Assembly (NCBI GenBank): GCA_041687575.1
Contig: JAWLBS010000002.1
Span: forward strand, 1 to 55,737
From: Phycisphaerae bacterium
Lineage (GTDB): Bacteria; Planctomycetota; Phycisphaerae; UBA1845; JANYLN01
Reading direction: 5' to 3'
DNA: 55,737 nucleotides
Of the stretch, positions 36,734-46,381 are shown in pieces. Positions within the stretch are counted from its first letter, which is position 1. The number at the start of each line of letters is the position of its first letter. The notes under the pieces are model-generated. The model saw only the letters and a program-made list of their open reading frames with translations. It made no database searches and was not told the origin of the DNA. Both the position numbers and the translations under genes were made by a program.

Positions 36734-39700
36734 GGGCGCTGCACGCAGTACGGATTGTCTTGTGGATTGCTCTGCTACCCGCGGGCGCTTTCGCGGCCGA
36801 ACCTGATTCGGGCCTCTCTCGCTGGGCAATCATCGCAAGCCCCGACGCCCGGGCCGACGGAATGGATGACCTGTTGACGGCCGCGATGAGCGAGCAGGAG
36901 GGGCTGTACCTGCTGGAACGCGACCGCTTGGAGGCGCTGCTGGACGAGGCCTCCCTGCAGCAGGTGCTGGGGGGCGACGACGTGGCCGGCCGGCTGCGGG
37001 TGGGCCGGCTGCTGCGGGCCGATGCGCTGATCCTGCTGCGGGTCGAGGCGAATCCGGCCGCCGCGGCGAGGGCGGCGGATCGGGAGGATGGATCGTCGCC
37101 GGTGACGGACGATCGTAGCCAGGCGCCACCGGCAGCAGCCAATGGCAGCAAGGGACCGCCGACCGCCGGCGCAGACGGCGGGGAGGCGTCGGCCGAAGGC
37201 GGCGCGGCAGACGTGCCCGAAAGGCTGCTCCGCGTGGTCATCAGCGACTGCCGGCAGGGCGCCCGGCTGCGGACGGAATATCTCCCCTACCGGCAGGAGG
37301 ACGTGCCGGAGCTGGTCGGCCGGATCGGGCGGATGGTCCGCCAGGTCCGCGAGCAGTTCCCTGCCGGCGTGCAGCGGATGATCGGGGTGGCCCCGCTGGT
37401 GTGCCGCAACCTGGTCCACGACTACAACCAGTACCAGGACGGCTTCGCGCAGCTGCTGGGCAGCGCCCTGACCTCGCCGGGCACGGCGGTGATCGAGGTG
37501 CAGGAGGCCCGGGCGATCAGTCGGGAACGGGCCCTGCCGGGCGAGGCGGGCATCCAGCGGGTCGTGCCGCTGCTCGTCGAGGGCGAGTACGAGGTGCTGC
37601 GGCCGGAGACGGCGGCAGCGGCGACTGGACCTGCGGGCGTAGTGCCAACCGCTGCAAAGCCTGCAACCGAGGGGGCGGCGGCGACAGAGCCTGCTGGACA
37701 GGGGGCAGATGCGACAAGGCCTGCGGACGATGCGTCGGCCACCACGCAACCCGCTTCCAACCTTGCTTCGCGGGGCGAGCCCCATGTACGGCTGTCGATC
37801 CGGCTGGTGCGCGACGACGACGCGGTGCAGGCCCTGGACACAACCCTTCCGCTGGCACTGGCGGGGCAGTTTTTCGCCCAGCAGGTTGCGCCAACCATCC
37901 TGAAGGCGACCGGTGGTGCGGGGGCGGCTTCCCTTTCCCCGCAGGTCCAGGCTACGCGTCTTGGCGCTCGCGCCGAGACCTTCTCGCGCCTGGGCATGTA
38001 CCGCCAGGCGATCGGCCTGCGCGAGGCGGTGCTGCTGATCGACCCGGACGCCCACGCCCAGCGCGTGGAGCTGCTGGATGACTATGTGCAGGACGTGAAA
38101 GTGCCGCTGTCGCAGCAGCCGGAATTCTTGCGAAACGCCCATCGCCGCAAGCCGCTGTCAGCAGAGATGGTGGCCGCCCACGACGCCTGGTGCGCCGCGA
38201 GGGTCGGCCTGTTCCAGTGCTGCATGAACCACCTGGAGTACCTGGTCCGTCACCGCGGGGTCACGCGTCGTGCCGCGGTGTTGCTGACCGACGCGATATT
38301 CCGTATCGCCCCCGCGGTGGCCAGGGAGCACCTTGATCGGGTCCGGCCGCTGCTGACCCCGCTCGAGCCGCAGAAGAAGCGGTTCCTGGCGGAGGTCTAC
38401 CCGCAGATCCTCACGCTCGACGTGGAGGGCGACGATGCCGGCGCCCGCAGCCTCGCCAAGAACCTGGCGACGCATCACTGGCGGGGAACGCTGATCGACT
38501 GGTGCTTCTTTCGCTTGGACGGCCTGACGGCTGGCAAGGAGGACCTGGACTTCGCCTTTGAGATGCTGACGGCGACGCCGGCCGCCCACAGCGCGCGGTT
38601 CCTGGGCCTGGCCGGCCTCATGAAGTGGCAGGAGATGGCCCTGCAGCGCATTCCCTACTCGGACCCCGGCACCAGCGGTCGGATGGGCGACTCCGCGGGA
38701 TGGCGATACACGCACGAGGAGTACCTCGACTTCTGCCAGCGCCTCGTCGGGACGGCCAAGCCTTGGCTCGTCATATACGGGCGTTACGGGTTGCTGGAGC
38801 GGGCGTTTGCCAAGGCGAGCCCGGCCCGACAGGTCGACCAGGAGATGCTCGCCGAGGCAGATGCCCTGGTGGACCTGTATATCGATGTTCAGAAACGGTC
38901 CGGCAAGTCCTACATCGTCCGCGACGACGATATCATCCAGCTGCGCGACCGAATCCGCGAGGCCCTGGCCGATACGCCGATCGCCGCGCCGGCGGCCGCG
39001 GCTTCACAGTCGGTGACAGTGGCTTCCGCGGGGGTGGCGGATCGGCCGGACGAGCAATTGGGCGAACCATACCTGCCGCAGGTGCTCTATCGGCCGATCG
39101 ACATTTCGGTTGAAGCGGCGGCAAAGCTGAAGGGCCCGAAAACGCCCTACACGTCTTCTGCGAACGAACCGTCGAAACCGCTGCTGCCCGGCAAGCGCCT
39201 GCGGGTGCGGCAGTGCGGTCCGGACGTGGATGTCTATTTGACCACGGAGACCGTTGCCATCATGCGGCAGAAGGGGCGCCTGGAGGTGGTCTACCGCGAC
39301 GAGCGCGGCCGCGTCAGTGACGCCTGCTGGGACGGCGAGCGGGTCTGGGTGGCGTCGGTGGGGGACGGGTTGTTCGTACTGACCCCGGACGGGGACGGGT
39401 TTCACCTCGCTGATGAGAACATCCCGTATTCGTGGATCGACGTCCATCTGCAGCCTCTGGGGCCGGGTCGGGCCCTGGCGGTATTCCTGTACAGCGAGAC
39501 GTTCCGCCTGCAGGTGCTGCTGCTGGAATCGACCGGGCGGAAGCTGCGGGTCCGGCCGCTGCCGGTCGAGCCGGCGCCGTCGGCGCCTGAAGAACGACGC
39601 GACTCCGACAGGCGATGGGACCAGTGGTATCCGCCGCTGTCGTGCGTGGTGCATGCGGCTGGCACGGATCCTGTACTGCTGATCGGCGAGCGCAACTCCC

Positions 39701-42700
39701 GGGCGCCGGGTCTGCCGCTGGCGGTCGACATGGAGACCCTGCAGGTCGCTCCGGCTGACTGGGGGCAGGGCCCGGACCGGTTGCTGTACAGCTCGGGCGA
39801 GGCCCTCTGGGGGTGCACCGGCGGCCAGCTCTACCGCGGCGTGTGTCCGGCAGGGACCCCGCTGCGCGACACGCGGTGGGAGGTGGTCTACGATTGGCCG
39901 GCCTTGCATCCCCAGTATGGCTACGGCAGATCGATCACGCCATTCCGCGTGGTCCGTCCGGAGGGCGACGGGGTCTATGCCTACTGCGGACAGTGGTATC
40001 GGATCCAGCCGGGCGGCATGTTCCACGAGCTAATCGAGCCAATGCCGGTCGGCGGCGAGCGGCCTCGCATCGAGGTCATGCGCTGCGTGGATAGCGCGTA
40101 CTATGGCAAGCTCCTGCTGGCCCGGGACGATCGGGTCTGGCAGGTCGAACTCCGGGAACCCCGCCGGCCCGCGACCGGGCCGGGCGAGCCCCTGCGCTGG
40201 GCGGTCCTGACCGATTCGATCGGCCGCGAGTACGGCATGAGGAAGTACTTCGCCGACGGGTTGCCGGATGCCGCAGGCTCGTCCTCGCCGCCGATCTACA
40301 TGCAGGTGGATCTGAAAGACTTCGAGGCCGCCGCAGCCGATGGGTTCGCCGTTCGCCGCGGATTCGCTGGCGCCTGTCGGGCGGACCTGCTGCTGATCGT
40401 CCAGGACTACGAAGTCGACGCTTCGGAATCGTCCAACCGGTGGGGCGTCGCCGAACAAGGGTATCGACTCTCCGTCTACGACGGCCGCACGGGGATTCGC
40501 CTGCTGACGGAGAAGGCGGCTGCTGTGCGCAACAAGATGCAGGAGCGGATGCAAGGGGCTGCCGCCGTGCTGCGCCGGCTGGTCACGCAAATCGGCGGGC
40601 GCCCCGTCCGCGTGGTGGGGGTTGGGCCGCTGGAGACGGACGACACGTTCAACCAGAGCCTGTCCGCGGGCGTAAGCGAGCTGCTCGCCCTCATGACGTC
40701 CAGCCGTACGGACGCGATCTCTATCGACCCGCAGGAGGTCCGACCTGCACTGACCGAGAAGATCGAGTCGGCGGCGGGGCGCTGCCAGGTTCACCCGGTC
40801 CTGGTCGAGTTGGCATGTACTGCCGGCCAGCAGGATGAGGAGCAGCAGTCCTTGGCGATCCGATTGCGGATCCGGGATTCGCAAACCGAGCGCTCGGCGG
40901 ATCTGTCCGGCTCGCCGCGGGAGGTGCTGCTGCAGGCATGGCGGGAGATGGTCGATGCCGCGCCGCACGGGCACGCGTACCCTGACGAATCGAAAGCCCT
41001 CGACGACGCCCTGCAGGTCCTGCTGGCCAGGGCCGGGCAGTGCATCGAGCGCGAGGATCGCGAAACCGGCTGTGCCATGCTGGAGGCGTACCTGCTCGTC
41101 CGGCCGGACGCAGCCGACGTCCGCGCGCAGTTCCTCCTGGAGCAGGGGGCCCTGCTGGCGACGCCGCCGGCGTGGCAGGTACGCAAGCAGCGGCCCCTCG
41201 CCGAGTACCAGCGATGGACGCGCCGGCAGGCGGATCGCTGGCAGGCGATGGTGCAGCAGTACCGGCTGGCGCTGCGCCGCGACCAGATCAGTTTCGAGTC
41301 GGCCGGGCGGCTTCTCGACATGGTCATGGACCTGCCCGGGGCGACCGGCTGGGGACGCGATCTCCCCTTGGTGGCCGACCAGCGGCGACGCCTGATCCTG
41401 GAGGTCATGCCGCTGATCGAAGGGCTGTCTCATTCGGACGACCGGAATCGGTACGCCGGCCGGTTCCTGTACGCGTACCTGCTGAATCAGGCCGTCAGGA
41501 CACCGTCAGGGCGATACACCCGCGAGGACCTCTCGTGCATCCTCCGCCTGATGACGGACGTGTTGCCGGGGGTCTTCGGTGCGGCCCTGCCTGAACGTCT
41601 GGCGCAAAGGGACCCGTGGCCCGGCGTGGACGAGGCTTGCCAGCGGGAGTTTCTCCACTCCCTGCTCACTTCGAAAGCCCCGGCCGCCGTCCTGATGGGC
41701 AGGTGGGCCGGCCTGTGCCGGCGGTACTATGCAAAGCAGTTCGACCAGGTCCTGCTGCAGGACATCGATGTCCTGGCGGCCGACCACCAGGCGTTCCTGA
41801 AGACCAGCCCCGACAACAGGAGTCCCGGCGACCTTGGCGGCGATCTGCAGGCGCTGCGCTGGCGGGTAGAGGCGGGGCTGGCGGGCAAGGTCACCGCGAC
41901 GAGCCCGCCGGTGTTCGCCGCGACAAGGACGCTGGGGCCCCAGATCGAGTTCCACCCGATCGACCTGCGGGTCCGCCGGCTTTCCGGCAAGACCGTGCCG
42001 TTCGAGGAGGTAGCCAGAGAGTTCCCCGTTGTCCACCGGTTCCGTGCCAGCCGGATGCATCTCCATCGGTGCGATGACACGACCGACCTGCTCTACAGCC
42101 GGCGGCACGTGCTGGTGATGCGGCAACCGGGGCTGGCCGACGAGGTGTTCGTCGATGAGGGCGACTCGATCACGGACGCCTGCTGGGACGGCCGGAACAT
42201 CTGGGTTGCATACGGAAAGCAGGCGCGCATCGCTGTCATCTCGGGCGATGGAAAGCGTGTCGGCGAATTTGGCGAACCGCAGGGACTCCCGCCGGCTGAC
42301 AAGGCCCTGCTGCTGTGCCCGCTCGGACAGGGGCGGGTCTTCGCCTGCGGTGCATTCGGCGAGCCGGTTCGCTCGTGGTGTGCGGTCCTGGACCTGGCGG
42401 GCCCCGGCGTGCGGGTCCTTCACCGGGCGACCGGAGTGGTGGATCCGCGCACCAGCCAAGGGCAGATGACCTACGGCGGCACCGACGAAGAGAAACGCCG
42501 GAGACTCGAGGGGCCTCCGATCGACACGGCCTTCTTTCCCATCTGGCTGCTGCCGTTGACCCGACCGGGGCAGAGCGCTCCCGAGGCGGTGCTCGTCGGT
42601 CGCAGCCCAAACGACAACGGCCTCAGCAGCATCTGGCCGCTTCGGGTCGACCTGGACGGGGACGTGTCGTGCTTTGACGTGCAGTACGATTTCCCGCTGC

Positions 42701-43197
42701 CGCACAGTCTCCGCCGTATCGCCAGCGGGGGGTACCTGTGGGCGACCGGCGGCTCCTCGATGTGGCAGTGGGCAGGCCCGAATCGCCACTGGCCGGACGG
42801 GCTCGCCTGGCGACAGGTGCTCCAGCGCCGCCTCTGGAGCGCGTCGCAGCTGACCAACCAAAGCGTTCAGACGGGCGAGACGGTCCTGCCGCTGGGCGAT
42901 CGCGTGTACGTGGCTGGCTGCAAGGTACTCCACGTCGAAAACCACAGGGCAAGCGCCATCGGCACCGCCTGGGCCGCGTGCGATCCGGCCGAGGCCACGT
43001 GCCGGCTGCTGTTGCCGGCGCCGCTCGAGCAGGGAGGCATGGGCGGCATCAGCGTCCACTACGGGCTTGTCGGCTGGGGGTGGGATCGCCGCGCGGCAGC
43101 ATCTCAACAAGAAATCCAGAGGGGCGGCGACCCGAAGCCCCCGCCGTTCAGGCTGTACCGCGTGACGGTGGGCGACGAAGGGGAGCCGGGTCCATGA
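36730..43197 (+). CDS. Giant exported modular protein, paralog B (2155 aa, two modules fused)
   Basis: The start ATG overlaps the stop of A (ATGA). Signal peptide MRALHAVRIVLWIALLPAGAFA. Module B1 begins SRWAIIASP. A second module begins at LRWAVLTDS near 40190. Both modules end in propeller-like regions (CWDGERVWVAS…, CWDGRNIWVAY…). Confidence 0.8.
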   Translation: MRALHAVRIVLWIALLPAGAFAAEPDSGLSRWAIIASPDARADGMDDLLTAAMSEQEGLYLLERDRLEALLDEASLQQVLGGDDVAGRLRVGRLLRADALILLRVEANPAAAARAADREDGSSPVTDDRSQAPPAAANGSKGPPTAGADGGEASAEGGAADVPERLLRVVISDCRQGARLRTEYLPYRQEDVPELVGRIGRMVRQVREQFPAGVQRMIGVAPLVCRNLVHDYNQYQDGFAQLLGSALTSPGTAVIEVQEARAISRERALPGEAGIQRVVPLLVEGEYEVLRPETAAAATGPAGVVPTAAKPATEGAAATEPAGQGADATRPADDASATTQPASNLASRGEPHVRLSIRLVRDDDAVQALDTTLPLALAGQFFAQQVAPTILKATGGAGAASLSPQVQATRLGARAETFSRLGMYRQAIGLREAVLLIDPDAHAQRVELLDDYVQDVKVPLSQQPEFLRNAHRRKPLSAEMVAAHDAWCAARVGLFQCCMNHLEYLVRHRGVTRRAAVLLTDAIFRIAPAVAREHLDRVRPLLTPLEPQKKRFLAEVYPQILTLDVEGDDAGARSLAKNLATHHWRGTLIDWCFFRLDGLTAGKEDLDFAFEMLTATPAAHSARFLGLAGLMKWQEMALQRIPYSDPGTSGRMGDSAGWRYTHEEYLDFCQRLVGTAKPWLVIYGRYGLLERAFAKASPARQVDQEMLAEADALVDLYIDVQKRSGKSYIVRDDDIIQLRDRIREALADTPIAAPAAAASQSVTVASAGVADRPDEQLGEPYLPQVLYRPIDISVEAAAKLKGPKTPYTSSANEPSKPLLPGKRLRVRQCGPDVDVYLTTETVAIMRQKGRLEVVYRDERGRVSDACWDGERVWVASVGDGLFVLTPDGDGFHLADENIPYSWIDVHLQPLGPGRALAVFLYSETFRLQVLLLESTGRKLRVRPLPVEPAPSAPEERRDSDRRWDQWYPPLSCVVHAAGTDPVLLIGERNSRAPGLPLAVDMETLQVAPADWGQGPDRLLYSSGEALWGCTGGQLYRGVCPAGTPLRDTRWEVVYDWPALHPQYGYGRSITPFRVVRPEGDGVYAYCGQWYRIQPGGMFHELIEPMPVGGERPRIEVMRCVDSAYYGKLLLARDDRVWQVELREPRRPATGPGEPLRWAVLTDSIGREYGMRKYFADGLPDAAGSSSPPIYMQVDLKDFEAAAADGFAVRRGFAGACRADLLLIVQDYEVDASESSNRWGVAEQGYRLSVYDGRTGIRLLTEKAAAVRNKMQERMQGAAAVLRRLVTQIGGRPVRVVGVGPLETDDTFNQSLSAGVSELLALMTSSRTDAISIDPQEVRPALTEKIESAAGRCQVHPVLVELACTAGQQDEEQQSLAIRLRIRDSQTERSADLSGSPREVLLQAWREMVDAAPHGHAYPDESKALDDALQVLLARAGQCIEREDRETGCAMLEAYLLVRPDAADVRAQFLLEQGALLATPPAWQVRKQRPLAEYQRWTRRQADRWQAMVQQYRLALRRDQISFESAGRLLDMVMDLPGATGWGRDLPLVADQRRRLILEVMPLIEGLSHSDDRNRYAGRFLYAYLLNQAVRTPSGRYTREDLSCILRLMTDVLPGVFGAALPERLAQRDPWPGVDEACQREFLHSLLTSKAPAAVLMGRWAGLCRRYYAKQFDQVLLQDIDVLAADHQAFLKTSPDNRSPGDLGGDLQALRWRVEAGLAGKVTATSPPVFAATRTLGPQIEFHPIDLRVRRLSGKTVPFEEVAREFPVVHRFRASRMHLHRCDDTTDLLYSRRHVLVMRQPGLADEVFVDEGDSITDACWDGRNIWVAYGKQARIAVISGDGKRVGEFGEPQGLPPADKALLLCPLGQGRVFACGAFGEPVRSWCAVLDLAGPGVRVLHRATGVVDPRTSQGQMTYGGTDEEKRRRLEGPPIDTAFFPIWLLPLTRPGQSAPEAVLVGRSPNDNGLSSIWPLRVDLDGDVSCFDVQYDFPLPHSLRRIASGGYLWATGGSSMWQWAGPNRHWPDGLAWRQVLQRRLWSASQLTNQSVQTGETVLPLGDRVYVAGCKVLHVENHRASAIGTAWAACDPAEATCRLLLPAPLEQGGMGGISVHYGLVGWGWDRRAAASQQEIQRGGDPKPPPFRLYRVTVGDEGEPGP
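36908..37485 (+). repeat. Direct repeat copy 1 (578 bp, identical to 43372..43949)
   Basis: Compared line by line by eye with no mismatch seen. The duplicated antisense ORFs in the track (36830..37129 = 43294..43593; 37142..37381 = 43606..43845) give identical peptides. Confidence 0.9.
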
Positions 43198-44018
43198 GGA
43201 TGGCATTCGTGGTGTGGGGCGTCTTGTGTACCCCCTTGCTGCCCGTCGGCGCTTTCGCGGCCGAGCCGGGTTCGTCCCTGTCGCGTTGGGCGATCATAGC
43301 GAGTCCCGACGTGCGGGTCGATGGACTGGACGATGTGCTGACGGCCGCGCTGAACGAGCAGAAGGATCTCGACCTGCTGGAACGCGACCGCTTGGAGGCG
43401 CTGCTGGACGAGGCCTCCCTGCAGCAGGTGCTGGGGGGCGACGACGTGGCCGGCCGGCTGCGGGTGGGCCGGCTGCTGCGGGCCGATGCGCTGATCCTGC
43501 TGCGGGTCGAGGCGAATCCGGCCGCCGCGGCGAGGGCGGCGGATCGGGAGGATGGATCGTCGCCGGTGACGGACGATCGTAGCCAGGCGCCACCGGCAGC
43601 AGCCAATGGCAGCAAGGGACCGCCGACCGCCGGCGCAGACGGCGGGGAGGCGTCGGCCGAAGGCGGCGCGGCAGACGTGCCCGAAAGGCTGCTCCGCGTG
43701 GTCATCAGCGACTGCCGGCAGGGCGCCCGGCTGCGGACGGAATATCTCCCCTACCGGCAGGAGGACGTGCCGGAGCTGGTCGGCCGGATCGGGCGGATGG
43801 TCCGCCAGGTCCGCGAGCAGTTCCCTGCCGGCGTGCAGCGGATGATCGGGGTGGCCCCGCTGGTGTGCCGCAACCTGGTCCACGACTACAACCAGTACCA
43901 GGACGGCTTCGCGCAGCTGCTGGGCAGCGCCCTGACCTCGCCGGGCACGCGCAGGCTGGCGTGGCACGCTCGGCGACTTGCCTTTTGTGAACGAAGCGGA
44001 AGAGGTCCTCGGCGGTGA
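43194..44018 (+). pseudogene. Truncated paralog C (274 aa; only the N-terminal ~250 aa of a module)
   Basis: The start ATG overlaps the stop of B (ATGA). It has its own diverged signal peptide and first ~60 aa. It is then nucleotide-identical to B for 578 bp, and homology ends abruptly at 43949, followed by 23 unrelated codons and a stop. Confidence 0.7.
43372..43949 (+). repeat. Direct repeat copy 2 (578 bp, offset 6464 bp from copy 1)
   Basis: As for copy 1. The flanks diverge on both sides: about three-quarters identity upstream, and unrelated sequence downstream. Confidence 0.9.
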
Positions 44019-44518
44019 CGGCTGGCGGCAGTTGTCGGCCCGCGATGCCCCATGGGACCAGCAAAATGCATCTTTCGAATTGGTCTGCGACCAAAGATGG
44101 AGCTGCGTTGTAAGGTTATAGATGGCAATGTTTTACGTACACTTGGACCTCTCTCTTGGTGCGACCAAGGAAAGAGAGATCCGGGCGGCAAATGAGAGAC
44201 GATATCCGTAACGAAGGGGGGAAAACCGGAGTAGTCGCGATCAAGGAGACTGGCGGACGACACTGGCAAGCATATTTCTCAAAGCCTTTGTGAATAGGGA
44301 GTTAACGCGATCACCGGCGGGCGGGCAACCTGTGGACTGCACAGGCCAGAGACCCTTCCGCCGGCGGGAGGGTACTGGAGCAGACGGTCCAGCCAACGAA
44401 ACCATCTGCATTCTCAGTTGCAGTGAGGGCCATGGCTACTGCCATGCCCGTACCCGATGCAAGCTTATGAGCGCTATGGGGCCTGTCGTGGATGACGATT
44501 CCGAGTCAAACCGCTCAC

Positions 44519-46381
44519 CTATGATCCGGGCGCAACCCCGATTCGGTCGGGAGCCGAGGCGGCGTACCGGGCGTGTCGGCCCGCAAACTCTATCTCCGCC
44601 GTCACCGCCCCCGCAAGGGCAAATCGTATGGTGGCAGGCGGATCGCCCGGTGCGAAGGAGATCCCCAGAGTCACTCCTGCATCGTCTTTCTGGACGTCAA
44701 AAGATGCCTTGCAGTCGGAGGCTTTACCCTCTGCCAGGCCGGCGTGGATCACCGTGAGAAAACAGTCTCGCTGTGCGGACACCCGCGGCGAGATCTCCAG
44801 CCGCCAGCAACCGACCTCATCGTGCCCATGTTCGGGAGGAAGATTGGCCCCGCGGCCGTCAGGCATCGGGTCGACCCACCACTCGTATCCCTTGCCTCCC
44901 AGTGCGCGGACCTGGCGTTTCCCGGGCAGCAGCGGCCAGACAGTGATCCGGCCCCGGCCACTGCGGAACCGGAACGGTCCCTCGGCCGGCAGCCGCCGCC
45001 GCCCAGGTTGCGTCTTCCGCCAGCGCCCGCCGCTGCGGTACAGCGGGGCATCCATCGTGTGCAGCAGCCATGTCTTGGCGAACTCCTCACGCGTTGCCTC
45101 AACGCGATCGAAGATCACGATCCAGTCAGGCTTGAGCAACACGATCTGCCGCACGGCCTCCTCCACCCGGCGAGAGGGATTGTCGCCGAGCCCTGACCAC
45201 GGCCAGGTATACGCCGGGGTGGCGTCGCCCGCGATGTAGTCGAAGGCCGGCGACGACTCGAACGCCAGCATGGAGCCCACGTTGAACTCATTCTGGAGCT
45301 GGGCTTGGCGTTCGACCGACAGGGGGGTGTGCGGCTCGCCCGTTCGTTCGTGCGGCGGGGAGTAACTGACGGTGACGATCCGCTGCCCGCCATCGTTGGC
45401 CACCGGCTGCCCGAAACGCCCGAGCCAGTACGGTTCGCTGTCATTGCGGACGAGGATGCAGTTGTGGGCCAGCGTGCGGGTGGCGTAGTGCGGCCGGTGC
45501 GGCACGTGGTAGTGCCCGCCCCCGGAGTCGATCGCCAGAGGGCCGCCGCGAAAAACCGTGAAGCTGCCGTGGTCGAGGTGGTTGTGCCACCCGCCGTGGC
45601 GTCCACACCGGAAAGTCAGCAGCGTGGCGTCCTCGTCCCAGCCGCTGCGCAGGATCGCCACGCCGTCGAGCAGTTCGGAGGCAGGCAGGAGCTCGATGCG
45701 AGGGTGGCGGCCGATGCTGGCGGGCTGCGGTTGGGCGTCCGGCCGAGCGCACAACAGGGCGTGGACCGGCAGCGGACCGAAGGTCTTCGGGGCAGTCGAT
45801 TGCAGCATGGCGGCAAAGTCCGGATGCGGCCGGCGGGCGTGCAGGTGCAGCAGGCTGTCAGCCATCCTGCCGAACAGCCCGCCCGGGTAGGCATCGCCGA
45901 GGTAGACCGTCCGCCCGTCCGGCCGGAAGATCTGGAGGATGGCCTCGCCGGCCCTCTGGAGTTCGGGCCATACGAGGCCGCCCTGCATAGCTTCGCCAGC
46001 CGCGGCGGGGGCCGCCGACTGCCAGAAGGATGCCATCTTGACAACTTCCCAGCTATCAACGGCCATGTAGCTGCCCGTAGCCTCCTGCATGCAGCAGGCC
46101 CCGCGCCCGCCGTTTTCCCGCAGGGCCGCCGTCAGGCAGCGGGTGAACGGCTCGACCGCGTGGAAGTCCTGGAAGAAGGGGCCCTCGACCCGCAGGCCGG
46201 TGAAGTGGAGCTGCCGCATCGTTCGCAGGAGCGTGCCGTCCTCAAGGTCCGGAAGGTCGTCGCCGATGGCCAAGCCTGATGCCAGCACGCCCGCCTGCAG
46301 CCCCAGCGAGTAGTTGTGCCAGTCCTCGAGGATGTACCGGCCGCGGAGGTCATCCCATGCCCGTCGCCCGGCAAAGAGCAC
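44519..46381 (-). CDS. Heparinase II/III-family polysaccharide lyase-like protein
   Basis: C-terminal domain pattern GRHGGWHNHLDHGSFTVFRGGPLAIDSGGGHYH … HNCILV. The 5' end is uncertain (see findings). Confidence 0.75.
   Translation of the reverse strand: MLFAGRRAWDDLRGRYILEDWHNYSLGLQAGVLASGLAIGDDLPDLEDGTLLRTMRQLHFTGLRVEGPFFQDFHAVEPFTRCLTAALRENGGRGACCMQEATGSYMAVDSWEVVKMASFWQSAAPAAAGEAMQGGLVWPELQRAGEAILQIFRPDGRTVYLGDAYPGGLFGRMADSLLHLHARRPHPDFAAMLQSTAPKTFGPLPVHALLCARPDAQPQPASIGRHPRIELLPASELLDGVAILRSGWDEDATLLTFRCGRHGGWHNHLDHGSFTVFRGGPLAIDSGGGHYHVPHRPHYATRTLAHNCILVRNDSEPYWLGRFGQPVANDGGQRIVTVSYSPPHERTGEPHTPLSVERQAQLQNEFNVGSMLAFESSPAFDYIAGDATPAYTWPWSGLGDNPSRRVEEAVRQIVLLKPDWIVIFDRVEATREEFAKTWLLHTMDAPLYRSGGRWRKTQPGRRRLPAEGPFRFRSGRGRITVWPLLPGKRQVRALGGKGYEWWVDPMPDGRGANLPPEHGHDEVGCWRLEISPRVSAQRDCFLTVIHAGLAEGKASDCKASFDVQKDDAGVTLGISFAPGDPPATIRFALAGAVTAEIEFAGRHARYAASAPDRIGVAPGS

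Noticed and set aside
44300-44360. tRNA-like stem (cctgtggactgcacagg)
   Set aside because: The loop is only 4-5 nt, there is no cloverleaf context and no T-loop GTTCRANNC motif. It is not a tRNA.
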